Below, one piece after another: positions 23,600-36,130 of a stretch of DNA of 64,000 nt. Position 1 is the stretch's first letter; each line of letters begins with the position of its first letter. The notes under the pieces are model-generated. The model searched no databases. It had not been told where the DNA came from and saw only the letters and a list, made by a program, of their open reading frames with translations. This DNA comes from Eledone cirrhosa (Eukaryota): positions 414,160,001 to 414,224,000 of the forward strand of contig OZ024741.1 of NCBI GenBank assembly GCA_964016885.1, read 5' to 3'. Made by a program: the position numbers and the translations under genes.

Positions 23600-26500
23600 G
23601 AAAACACTGTACCCACAACAACTGACAATAAAGAAACTGAAAAAACTCTGGGAAACTAAATCAGAAAAACCTGCCATCCCCTGCACATAATCATAGACTG
23701 GAATCAAGGTACAAATTGTTGTCCTTGAATGCACGTAGTCTATGCAATAAGATTCATCTTTTTGACTCCTACGTCAAAAGTATCAACCCTAACTCCATTA
23801 CAGTCACGGAAATTTGGGCACATCCCTTACTCTGTGATGGGGTTTTCAGCATAACTGGCTACAACCTGTTTCGTTAAGACCGCATTAATCGTTGTGGTGG
23901 TGGTGTAATGGTCTACATTCGGTCAAATTTGTCGGCAATTCCTTGTGTTGATTTGAACCAATCACAACAGGAAGTTTTTTTCTGTGATATACATATGACC
24001 ATGTGAACACTGCTACTTGGAGTCGTTTACCATCTCCCAAATTACCATCAGGACACTCAACTTTGTGAAATCCTCAGATTTGCTGCCAGGAAAACAGCCA
24101 CTTATGTTTTTATTGCAGGAGACTTCAATCACCCTGAGATTGAATGGGAAACCTTTCGTTGGCCGCTAAGTGCAAATGACTTCCTTGAGCTAGTGCTGGA
24201 CTCAAATTGGTCCCAAGTAGTCACCTCCCCAACAAGAGGTGACAACACTTTGGACCTACTCTTCACCACTACTCCTGAAGCGGTCATTAGTGTTACTGCT
24301 GAGGAACCTTTAGGTGACTCTGATCATGCTATGATCATTGCCAATCTATCCCTCATGGGCAGTAACAAGAACCACAACCATCTCCAAACTGCTCACTTTG
24401 ACTGGAATAAAGCAGACTGGAACTGTTACTGCACCAAGTTGCAACAGCCAAATTGGCTTGAGTTCTACGACTCTGGAGATGTCAACACTGTACTCCAGAA
24501 CATCCTGAGCTCAATATGGACAGCATGTGCAGCATCGGTGCCATGTAAGCGGAAAAAACATCCCAAAAGTGCAATTTGGGAGACTGCAGCAGTCCGTCTT
24601 GCCAGAAAAGAACGTCGCAATGCTGAGCGTGAGTACAAACTGCACAAATCAGACATCAATAGGAAGAGGCGAAATAAATCGTCCAACCACCTCAAACAGG
24701 TGACAAAAAAGGCAGTGCTTCAATTTGAGCAGCGCATAGCAACCAGCCCTGACAGTAAGGTGATCTGGAAGTATGTTCACTCAAAGCAGAGGCCTCACTC
24801 TCCAGTTGGTCCTCTTCACAATCCCCACACAAGCCAGGTTACTGATGACCCCAAGGAATGTGCAGAGCTCTTTGCTGAATGCTATGCAGGCATTTTCACT
24901 ATTGAAGACCAGACTGTACCGTCTCCACCACATATGACACCGGATTCTATTACAACTATGGAATTTACACCTGCAATGCTGCGACATCACCTTAAAAATA
25001 AACGCAACCATGCCTCTCCTGGTCTTGATGGTGTTATGTACCTGCTTCTTAAACGTGGTGGGTACTTCCTTCTGCACCAGCTATCACACTTCTTCCAATT
25101 CTGTCTGAACAACGGTGCTACTCCAGAACAGTGGAAAACTGCCAGTGTTCAAAAAGGGTGACCACACATCACCTGTGAACTATCGTCCAGTCAGTCTTAC
25201 TAGTTGCATTGCCAAACTGATGGAATCCTGTGTCAGAGAAACACTTTGGAAATTCTGGAACTCTCAGAGTCTTATCCGGCCCTCGCAATTTGGATTTATC
25301 CCCAACTCCAGCTGCTGTGATCAACTTATTGAGTTTCTTGAAGACATCACCGTGATCACTGATGGCGGCTCATGGGTGGATGTTGTTTACCTTGACTTTG
25401 CTAAGGCTTTCAATTCTGTGCCACACAAAAGGCTTATGGCAAAACTCTCTGCAATGGGTGTGAAGGATGATCTTTTTAACTGGTTGAAGTCCTTTGTTCT
25501 CAGTCGAAGAGAGGTAGTCACGGTTCTGGGACAGCATTCCTCACCATATGAGATGTCATCTGGTGTACTACAGGGATCTGTTCTTGGCCCCCTTTTGTTT
25601 GTGGCATATATTAATGACATAGATGCCAACTTAAAGAATGCCACAGTACTAAAGTACGCAGATGACATCAAGCTGTACCTTGAGATAAAAAGGACAGATC
25701 CTGAACACTATAGATCTTGCTTGCAGTCTGACCTGGACACAATGCAACGATGGATCTCAGACTGGCAACTCAAGCTAGCTGTGGACAAGTGCACCACCAT
25801 GCATTTTGGGAGTAAAAACCCAGCGTCCACATCACTAATATCAAGAAGTCTTCTTGTGAACGTGACCTGGGCATTACGGTCAGCAGCAATTTGTGTTGGA
25901 CGAAGCACGTCTCTAAAATTGTCAAGAGGGCCGAGGGTGTCTTAGCATCACTCAGCAAGACCTTTGTCAGCCGCTCTCCAGCTATTTATTTAAGGCTGTA
26001 CATGGCTATGGTGCGGCCACACTTAGAATTTGCATCACCAGTCTGGAACCCTATCTTGCTCAGAACATTGACCGCCTGGAAACTGTTCAGAGACGTGCAA
26101 CCAAGCGAATACCCTCCATCAGGCCTCTACCATACTCTGAACGCCTTGCTTCCCTGGGCATGGATACATTGAAGCTCCGACGCCTGGCAACTGACTTGGT
26201 AAACACCCACAAGATTATTAACCATCTTGACAACAACAACCCTGAGTACCTTTTTGATTTCCATGTGTCTAACACACGTGGGCATGCCCACACCACAAAG
26301 TCAGAAAACAGCATAGTTCCCATGACTTTCGGAAACATTTTTTCACGCTCAGAGTTGCTGAAGCATGGAACACACTACCTGCATCAGTCGTTAGCTGTCG
26401 AGAGATTGCATCCTTTAAAACCTCCATGCTTCCTGAGATTCGCCAACACTACACCTAATGTTCCACCTCCATACACATACACACATGTATATCATGACTC

Positions 26501-26615
26501 ATACACTATTCACTTCCCTGACATTTGTGTATTATTCTATGTACTATACATGCACCTTTGACGAGTTGTAGTGCACCTGAGCACTTTACACAATAATTTC
26601 ATTATTATTATTATA
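23600..26615 (+). pseudogene. Decayed CR1-like LINE ORF2 (APE endonuclease + RT) with (ATT)n tail
   Basis: LNARSL, AGDFN, PTRGDNTLDL, SDH, NYRPVSLTS, YLDFAKAF, QGSVLGPLLF, YADDIKLY and RPHLEFASPVWNP are spread over frameshifted ORFs with stops. Ends AATAATTTC(ATT)4. Confidence 0.9.
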
Positions 26616-26708
26616 AATATCTTATAATATGATTCTTGTGTAATATCATGTCGGAAGATATAAATATATCAACTGAAATGGATGGTTTCATTTTACAGAA
26701 CCAGGGAT

Positions 26709-26950
26709 GGTTTTGATCAGTTTCAGCTAGTTTTGACTGGTTTTGATCAGATTTATCCAGTTTTGGCTGGTTTCAGCCAGTTTTATCGAGTTTTGGGTGG
26801 CTTGGGCCTGTTTTGATCAGTTTTATCCAGTTTTGGCTGGTTTGGGCCTGCTTTGATCAGTTTTATCCAGTTTCAGCCAGTTTTTGGCCTGTTTTGATCA
26901 GTTTTATCCAGTTTTGATCAGTTTTATCCAGTTTTGGCCTGTTTTTGCCA
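26709..26950. repeat. Degenerate short-unit repeat (GTTTTGATCA/GTTTTATCCA/GTTTTGGC)
   Basis: ~10-bp units visible directly. Confidence 0.75.
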
Positions 26951-27553
26951 GGATGATATCAAAAGAGTTAAGTGATTATTTTGTAAACAATTTATGCTTT
27001 ATTGTTTTTCATTGTTTTTTTTGTTTTTTTTTATTAAATACATATCTACATCCCTATCTGGTCATCTGGTTCCTCCAGCCTCACAATAACAGGTCCCTAT
27101 CTTTCTATAAGATATTATTTACTCTGTATGCAAAACTAAAACTGGCCATCGTCATCATCATCATCATCATCACAGTAATATTATCTAACCTAATTAAATT
27201 AAAGAACAAAAGAATGACAAGCAAAGAAAGAAAGAAAGGCTAAGGAAACAAATACATAGCATAAGGGGGGGGATACAAATCAATACTATTATTATTATTA
27301 TTATTATCATTTGTTGGCCTTGTGCCGAGATAAGAAGCCATTATTATTATTGCTATTAACAATAACAACAATTACAATAATAATAGTAATAATGACAATA
27401 ACAAATACATAGATAAATAAATAAAATAAATGAAAGATAAAGAGAGTGAAAATACAATAGCTGCAAGGTGGTGGTGGGGGTGATGTTTTGTGCTGGTGAG
27501 GACAAGGTGGTGGTGGGGGTAATGAGAAAAAAATCTGAACACCCGGGCATGTC

Positions 27554-27642
27554 ATATATATATTTGTGTATATACATATATATATATAAATATACACATC
27601 TATATATATATAATATATATTATATATATACATATATGTATG

Positions 27643-27676
<34 letters not shown>

Positions 27677-27730
27677 TAAATATACACATCTATATATATA
27701 TAATATATATTATATATACATATATGTATG

Positions 27731-27777
<47 letters not shown>

Positions 27778-27785
27778 TTTTATAT

Positions 27786-27856
<71 letters not shown>

Positions 27857-27864
27857 TTTTATAT

Positions 27865-27918
<54 letters not shown>

Positions 27919-28284
27919 ATATATATATTGATATATATATAATATATATATATTATATATATATATATATTTTATATATATATATATTAATATATATTAT
28001 ATATATATATATATTTTATATATATATATATTAATATATATTATATATATATATATATTTTATATATATATAAATATATATTATATATATATATATATTT
28101 TATATATATATATATATATTAATATATATTATATATATATATATATATTATATATATATATATTAATATATATTATATATATACACACACACAAATATAT
28201 ATAATATGTATATACATATATATGTATGTACATATATATCAATATATATCATATATACACACATATATATATATATATATATAT
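27554..28284. repeat. (TA)n-rich microsatellite
   Basis: Direct. Confidence 0.97.
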
Positions 28285-28307
28285 GTCATTCAAATAAACA
28301 TATTTAC

Positions 28308-28352
28308 TTTTATAAAAAAACAGCTTCCTTTTAGTGCACTTCTCGATGGGTT
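28308..28352 (-). CDS. Candidate 45-nt symmetric microexon of the host gene, (E)PIEKCTKRKLFFYK
   Basis: Good acceptor CTAATCCCTTGTTTTACAG and weak donor A|GTAAAT. Open in phase 1, compatible with the exon at 35692-35871. No homology recognised. Confidence 0.25.
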
Positions 28353-28539
28353 CTGTAAAACAAGGGATTAGTGACAAGAATGTTTAAAGTGGTGAGAGCA
28401 TTGCACTGGGCTAGGGGTGAAGAGGTGAAGAGCTGAAGCTTAGAGAGAAGATGGTTGGTTAGCATGACGGAGATAGGGGGGGGTAGAGGGATAGAGGAGT
28501 GGGTAGAGGAGAGGATGGGGGGGGGAGAAAGAAGAGAAT

Positions 28540-30400
28540 GCATGAGAGAGATAGAAAGAAAGAATATAGAGAGCTAAGAGAAGCAAACAGAGAGTGGGAG
28601 AGAGAGAGAGAGAGAGGAAGAGAGTGAGAGAGAAAGAGAGTGATAGAGAAAGAGAGTGAGAGAGAAAGAGAGTGAGAGAGAAAGAGAGTGAGAGAAAGAG
28701 AGTGAGAGAAAGAGAGTGAGAGAGCGAGAGGAAGAGAGTGAGAGAGAAAGAGAGTGAGGAAGAGAGTGTGAGAGAAAGAGAGTGAGAAAGAGAGTGTGAG
28801 AGAAAGAGAGTGAGAAAGAGAGTGAGAGAGAAAGAGAGTGAGAGAGAGGAAGAGAGAAAGAGAGTGAGAGAGAGGAAGAGAGTGAGAGAGAAGAAGAGAG
28901 TGAGAGAGGGGAAGAGAGTGAGAGAGAGGAAGAGAGTGAGAGAGAGGAAGAGAGTGAGAGTAAGAGAGTGAGAGAGAGGAAGAGAGTGAGAGAGAAAGAG
29001 AGCGAGAGAGCAAGAGAGTGAGAGAGGAAGAGAGCGAAAGAGCAAGAGAGTGAGAGAGGAAGAGAGTGAGAGAGGAAGAGAGTGAGAGAGGAAGAGAGTG
29101 AGAGAGCAAGAGTAAGAGAGTGAGAGAGCAAGAGTAAGAGAGCAAGAGTAAGAGAGTGAGAGAGAGGAAGAGAGTGAGAGAAAGAGAGTGAGAGAGCGAG
29201 AAGAGAGTGAGAGAGCAAGAGAGTTAGAGAGTGAGAGAGGGGAAGAGAGTGAGAGAGGGGAAAAGAGTGAGAGAGAGGAAGAGAGTGAGAGTAAGAGAGT
29301 GAGAGAGGAAGAGTAAGAGAGTGAGAGAGAGGAAGAGAGTGAGAGAGCAAGAGAGCGAGAGAGCAAGAGAGTGAGAGAGGAAGAGAGTGAGAGAGCAAGA
29401 GTAAGAGAGTGAGAGAGAGGAAGAGAGTGAGAGAGAGGAATAGAGTGAGAGAGGAAGAGAGTGAGAGAGCAAGAGTAAGAGAGTGAGAGAGCAAGAGTAA
29501 GAGAGTGAGAGAGAGGAAGAGAGTGAGAGAGGAAGAGAGTGAGAGAGCAAGAGTAAGACAGTGAGAGAGAGGAAGAGAGTGAGAGAGCAAGAGTAAGAGA
29601 GTGAGAGAGAGGAAGAGAGTGAGAGAGGAAGAGAGTGAGAGAGGGGAAGAGAGTGAGAGAGGGGAAGAGAATGAGAGAGGGGAAGAGAGTGAGAGAGGGG
29701 AAGAGAGTGAGAGAGCAAGAGTAAGAGAGTGAGAGAGAGGAAGAGAGAGCAAGAGAAGAAAAGAGTGAGGGAGCAAGAGTAAGAGAGTGAGAGAGAGGAA
29801 GAGAGTGAGAGAGCAAGAGTAAGATAGTGAGAGAGAGGAAGAGAGTGAGGGTGAGAGTGAGAGAGCAAGAGTAAGAGAGTGAGAGAGCAAGAGTAAGAGA
29901 GTGAGAGACAAGAGTAAGATAGTGAGAGAGAGGAAGAGAGTGAGAGAGCAAGAGGAAGAGAGTGAGAGAGAGGAAGAGAGTGGAAGTGAGTGAGAGAGTA
30001 AGAGAGAGCAAGAGAAGAAAAGAGTGAGAGAGCAAGAGTAAGATAGTGAGAGAGAGGAAGAGAGTGAGAGAGCAAGAGTAAGATAGTGAGAGAGAGGAAG
30101 AGAGTGAGAGAGCAAGAGTAAGAGAGTGAGAGAGCAAGAGTAAGAGAGTGAGAGAGAGGAAGAGAGAGCAAGAGAGGACGAGAGTGAGAGAGCAAGAGTA
30201 AGAGAGAGAGAGAGAGGAAGAGTAAGAGAGTGAGAGAGAGGAAGAGAGTGAGAGAGCAAGAGAGTGAGAGAGAGGAAGAGAGTGAGAGAGCAAGAGAGGA
30301 AGAGAGTGAGAGAGCAAAATGAGGAAAGAGAGAGGGAGAGAGAGTGATGAGGAAAGAGAGAGGGAGAGAGAGTGATAAGGAAAGAGGAAGAGAGTGAGTG
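28540..30400. repeat. Polypurine (GA-rich) compound repeat, GAGAGTGAGAGAGGAA/GCAAGAGTAA units
   Basis: Direct; source of the spurious Ser/Leu ORFs on the minus strand. Confidence 0.95.
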
Positions 30401-30963
30401 AAAAAAAAAGAAAAAGAAGACAAAAACAATACAAAATAAGATGAAATAAATGAAATAAAAAACAAGATTTAAATCATGAATAAAATAAAAAAAGATTCAA
30501 ATATATTTTTTTTCTTAAATTATTTCTTTTTTTTTTTTCTTTGTTTGTTTTAAAGACAACGTAATGAGTGAGAGGAGCAAAGGTAGAAAATAATGACTGA
30601 CATAATATATTGTAATGATGGGTTGATGTTATAGACAGTGATAACATGAGATAGGGAGAGAGAGAAGAAAAATACTATAAAAAAATAAACAAACATCAAT
30701 GAGCCCACCCTACCATACTCCACCCCGCCCCAAAGTCAAAACAAAGAAATATAGGAATTAAATAATTAAAATGTACATGTAGAAGAGGGGTTGAAACTGT
30801 AGGATTCCATTACATCCCAGGGGAGAGGCAGAGTGGGCCAAACATTAGATGGCACTGAGTGGTAGTGTGACACAAGTTCCATCAGTTATAACACTAATCT
30901 ACAATACAGCTGATAGGTTGATATCTATCTATCTATATATCTCTCTCTATATATATATATAGC

Positions 30964-31072
30964 AAAAAGTATGACCCCGACGGCAGAGCTCAAGCCGTTT
31001 CGACGGTTATTTCTGGAGTCCAGAAATAGCCGTAGAAACGGCTTGAGCTCTGCCGTCGGGGTCATACTTTTT
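30964..31072. repeat. Near-perfect palindrome, 54-bp arms, 1-nt loop
   Basis: 30964-31017 is the reverse complement of 31019-31072 with 2 mismatches. Confidence 0.95.
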
Positions 31073-31221
31073 CCTATTTCCCACTCTACTACCCTAAGTA
31101 TTGAGTACTCTGGTGCGTTATGGTCCATCTGGTTCCTTACCACAATTCCTTTGTTATATATATATATATATATATAGTGACGAAACATAAGTCAATTGCA
31201 TGAACTCATAATCCTTTATTT

Positions 31222-31277
31222 ACTACAATATATATTTCGATGATAGCCATTGAATGGCTATGACCTCATCAGGCAGT
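31222..31277 (-). ncRNA. Minimal type I hammerhead ribozyme motif (Penelope-like pLTR remnant)
   Basis: ACUGC-CUGAUGAG-stem II (AUAGCCA/UGGCUAU)-C-GAAA-UAUAUA-UU-GUAGU. Stem I is ACUGC/GUAGU; stem III is palindromic; AAUAAA follows. Confidence 0.6.
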
Positions 31278-31674
31278 TAGTCAGTTCTTAGATATGCCAG
31301 CTCTGTGTTTTTGGTGTTGATGGTATCAGAGCCTTGGGACATATGAGCTTGTTAGGAATAATTTAATGTTGTCAGCAGGAATAATCTTAATTCTCATTGG
31401 TCAGTTTGTAGATGCTAGTAGGGTTGGTATTTGACCTCAAAGAGGTAAGCGGTGTTGTAAAGTTCAAACCGTCAGGCAAGATGACAATAGTTCCATATGA
31501 CTGATTTTCACACAAAGCATTCCTGGTCAGATATATATTCAATTGAGGTTTATAGTATGAAATTCGATACTACAGGTCATTCTTAAATTGAGGAATTTAT
31601 ATGGGGTGGTACTACTGAAAATTATGGTTAGAGTAGAATACTAGAAAATTTACATATAAAAAGACTTATGTTGG

Positions 31675-31771
<97 letters not shown>

Positions 31772-31784
31772 TAGATATAGATAT

Positions 31785-31960
31785 ATAATATGGAAAACGA
31801 AGAATCGGTGATGCTTCGGAACACAATTCATTACGTATTACAACTGTTTCTCCGGTGAACAGCCGAGGTGCGATCTGTTTGTGGGTCACCGGAGAAACAA
31901 TTGTAATACGTTAATAAATTGTGTTCCGAAGCATCACTGATTCTTCGTTTTCCATATTAT
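31785..31960. repeat. Inverted repeat, ~74-bp arms, 27-nt spacer (Penelope-like inverted end or foldback element)
   Basis: 31785-31858 is the reverse complement of 31886-31960 with few mismatches. The arm contains GAAACAATTGTA and AATAAA. Confidence 0.88.
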
Positions 31961-32227
31961 TATACTCTGCTCCGTAGGAGCATAGAGAGCTCAACAGGCA
32001 TACCGCCTATGGACGCATCCAAACAACCTTACTACAAATATATATATATGTATATATATTGTTATACTTTGGGAGGGTCATGTTGCCAATAAGAAACACA
32101 CGCACCAGTTGCTTTCATTTCAATTTATTATAAATTAAATTTATAAATTTCCGGTTGGTTGGTTCCAAGAATCTTGCTAAACAAATTCAGAAACGAAATA
32201 TGTACATATATATATATATATATATAA

Positions 32228-32412
32228 CTGTTTCTACTTTTGGCACAAGGCCAGCAATTATCCAGTGTATTACTGGTACTTTATTTTATCGACCCCGTAA
32301 GGATGAAAGGCAAAGTTAACCTCGGCGGGATTTGAACTCAGACTATAAAAGGGACGTAACTCTATGCTTCAAAGCATGGTGTCCGACTCTCTACCGATAC
32401 TGCCAATCCACT
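32228..32412 (-). mobile_element. tRNA-derived SINE
   Basis: Same family as 23415-23592. Confidence 0.8.
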
Positions 32413-32429
32413 GTTATATATATATATAA

Positions 32430-32566
32430 TGAAGGAAGAGTGGTAAGGAACCAGATGGACCATAACGCACCAGAGTACTCAATACTTAGGGTAGTAGAGT
32501 GGGTAAAAGAAAGTGTTTGAGCCCGACGGCAGAGCTCAAGCTGTTTTGACGGCTATTTCGGGACCT
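32430..32566 (-). mobile_element. Inverted second copy of the 31019-31150 element, in a (TA)n tract
   Basis: GTGGTAAGGAACCAGATGGACCATAACGCACCAGAGTACTCAATACTTAGGGTAGTAGAGTGGG is the reverse complement of 31081-31143. Confidence 0.8.
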
Positions 32567-33264
32567 ATATATATATATATATATATCCATATGATAGTAA
32601 GGAGGAATTTCATAATGATATTCTTTAATTAGAATTGTCTGGTGAAGAACTGAGACAGATATTTAATGTGATGCATGGTTCCAGGAATGTGTGTCAATAA
32701 AACATATATACACCAGGTCTAAACACAAAGGAACCAAACTCCCACTGTCACTACCTCCATCTCTTCCCATCTCTCACTATTATGCTGGCCACCCTGTAGC
32801 CCCGATGGACAGGATAGAGAAGGAGTTTCCCTTGAGGATGGTGAGGGAGACATGTGGGAAGGGGCATTCCAGCTCCCGAGGCTCTGTGGGTAGCCAACTC
32901 TGGGTAGGGAAGTGGTCCTAGGGTTCTGGGAATTAGTACAAAATGTAGGAAGACAAATTTCTATTTGAGATTTTACTTTGTTCTGCCAGGGGTCACATGT
33001 TTGAGACCCCTGATGTAAAACGTTGATCAAATTGACTGTGGGGGGCGGGGGAGATACTTACCAAGAATTACCTATTATTAATAACACCTTTCTGGCAGTC
33101 AAAGAGGGAGGTCCTATGGAGTCATTCGACCTGGTCAAGTGGTCATCAACTAAACTGGCTCCCTCTACCAGACCAGTGCCCCCCCCTCTTTTTTTTTCTA
33201 CCAGACCAAGGTTTAGAGAGGAGGGTAAGTGGAACCCCAGCAGTACAAAAAACAGGAGCTGTTA

Positions 33265-33550
33265 AACAGGAGTGAGGTCCTGGATTGGAGGTCAACCGGG
33301 GAGGGGTTCCTCCAACAGGAGTGAGAAGTCCCTAGATTAGAGGTCAACTAGGGAGGGGTTCCACCAACAGGGGTCAGAAGACCCTGGATTGGAGGTCAAC
33401 CAGGGAGGGGTTCCTTCAACAGGAGTGAGAAGATCCTAGATTGGAGGTCAACTAGGGAGGGGTTCCACCAACAGGGGTCAGAAGACCCTAGACTGGAGGT
33501 CAACCAGGGAGGGGTTCCTACTGCAGGAGTGAGAAGACCCTGGATTGGAT
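33265..33550. repeat. 52-bp minisatellite, ~5.5 copies
   Basis: GTCAAC recurs at 33291, 33343 and 33395; GGAGTGAGA and GGGGTCAGA variants alternate. Confidence 0.9.
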
Positions 33551-34239
33551 TGAATTGATTGCTACATACCCCAAATCTCTTCAACAAACATTGCTATAAT
33601 CTAATTAGAGAACTTGTACGCAGTTGCTTAGGCTTGCTGAAAACAGCAGCCAAATCTCCCTCAAATTACGTCTTTAAAAAAGCAATTTACATTTCACAAT
33701 TTAGCTAGGATAATCATAGCTGGAACAGGAACAACAACATACATCAATCCTAGCTGAATTTACAAAAATCTTTTAATTCCATGTGATTGTTCCCTCTCTG
33801 CAGTAGACTACTACTAAATCATCAACAAAAATATCTTCCTGTTATTAATTCTTAACATCCTTTAATGATTTGGTAGAAATATCTTTAAAAACCGGGTCTG
33901 TTAATTCAAATGTTTATAGTATCTTTGTGTGAACAGATTGTTGTGAAAATTTGCAGCATTAGAGTAAAGACTGCAATTTTTAATGTCATAATTCTATTTT
34001 ATAAATTTCAAAGAATGTCTTGCTAATGCGGTTTCATGTGGTACAGGATGTTAAGAATTAAACATAACTAATAAAACAAAACAAAAAAAACTATTTAAAA
34101 AAATAAATAAAAATATCTAATTAGGGATGACTATTAAACTATATAATTATCTGAAGCTTAATGAAATGTCAATATAGAAAGCTAATAATGGAAGACAAGC
34201 TGCTTGTATCATTATATTAAAGCTCTACCTGCATATATA

Positions 34240-34436
34240 CAAGGGTTGGATGTAGAATTCATAGGCTGACGATGAAGGAGTGATGCTAGAGCTGTGAAAT
34301 CTTGCATGCCATTAATTTCAAACTCTTAGTAATAACTACATTGTTCCTTTCTAGGAACTATGATGAAAAATAAAGCTCATTTGGTCACTCCATGCGAGTA
34401 TCTTGGTCAGCCTATGAACATTTCAGCCGACCCCCG
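34240..34436. mobile_element. Tc1/mariner-type MITE
   Basis: TA|CAAGGGTTGGATGTAGAATTCATAGGCTGAC ... GTCAGCCTATGAACATTTCAGCCGACCCCCG|TA: imperfect TIRs with TA flanks. Confidence 0.75.
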
Positions 34437-34532
34437 TACACACATGTATTCACATGCAGCTAAAACAAGATTTTAAAAGTTAAAAACAAAAAAAAACTAG
34501 TTAAAGGATAAAGCAGCAAAGATGTCATTCGG

Positions 34533-34616
<84 letters not shown>

Positions 34617-34646
34617 TATATACATATATATATATATACATACATA

Positions 34647-34719
<73 letters not shown>

Positions 34720-34728
34720 ACATACATA

Positions 34729-34769
<41 letters not shown>

Positions 34770-34819
34770 ACATATATATATATATACATATATATATATA
34801 CATATATATATATACATAC

Positions 34820-34850
<31 letters not shown>

Positions 34851-34855
34851 CATAC

Positions 34856-34886
<31 letters not shown>

Positions 34887-34892
34887 CATACA

Positions 34893-34989
<97 letters not shown>

Positions 34990-35050
34990 ACATACATATA
35001 TATATATATACATACATATATATATATACATACATATATATATATACATA

Positions 35051-35091
<41 letters not shown>

Positions 35092-35130
35092 ACATATATA
35101 TATATACATACATATATATATATACATACA

Positions 35131-35166
<36 letters not shown>

Positions 35167-35211
35167 CATATATATACATATATATACATATATATACATA
35201 TATATACATAC

Positions 35212-35245
<34 letters not shown>

Positions 35246-35313
35246 ATATACATACATATATATATATATACATACATATATATATATACATACATATATA
35301 TATATATACATAC

Positions 35314-35344
<31 letters not shown>

Positions 35345-35351
35345 CACATAC

Positions 35352-35382
<31 letters not shown>

Positions 35383-35599
35383 CATATATATATACATACA
35401 TATATATATACATACATATATATATATACATACATATATATATATACATACATATATATATATACATAGATATATATATATACATACATATATATATATA
35501 CATACATATATATATATACATACATACATATATATACATACATACATATATATACATACATACATATATATACATACATACATATACATACATACAGAC

Positions 35600-35686
<87 letters not shown>
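34533..35686. repeat. (TA)n/(TACA)n microsatellite abutting the exon donor
   Basis: Direct. Confidence 0.97.
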
Positions 35687-35687
<1 letters not shown>

Positions 35688-35691
35688 TGAC

Positions 35692-35871
35692 CTTTTGGTG
35701 GCGCGGTTCTGGTAACCAGGTGAAGAGGTACTGACACAGCTCTTCTGTACGGTGGTTTGTTCTTTAGACTCTCACTAACTGACCGAATGCTATCAGTTCT
35801 GGCCAAAGCAAATCTGGCTCGGTTCAGTTTCCGAAGGAAATGTTCACTTTCTCGATCACTGCTGGTTAAAT
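35692..35871 (-). CDS. unc79: Coding exon (180 nt, phase 1-1) of unc-79 homolog
   Basis: Acceptor TTTATTCAACAG, donor AAG|GTCAGT. Peptide (D)[48 protein letters not shown]...; the phase matches the preceding exon (G+AT = Asp). Confidence 0.85.
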
Positions 35872-35917
35872 CTGTTGAATAAAGATGGAAACATGAGGTT
35901 AATATGGAGCTTAACAC

Positions 35918-36130
35918 TGTGTGCGTGTGTGTGCGTGTATGTATGCGAGTATGTGCGTGTGTGTATGCGTGTGTGTATGCGTGTATGTATGTGAGTATGT
36001 GTGTGTGTATGCGTGTATGTATGTATGTGTGTGTGTATGCGTATGTATGTGAGTGTGTGTGTGTATGCATGTATGTGTGCATGTATGTGTGTGAGTATGT
36101 GTGTATGTGTGTGTGTATATATATATTATA
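35918..36130. repeat. (TG)/(TATG)n microsatellite
   Basis: Direct. Confidence 0.9.

Noticed and set aside
28440-30465. Long Ser/Leu-rich minus-strand ORFs
   Set aside because: Low-complexity CT repeat lacking stop codons.
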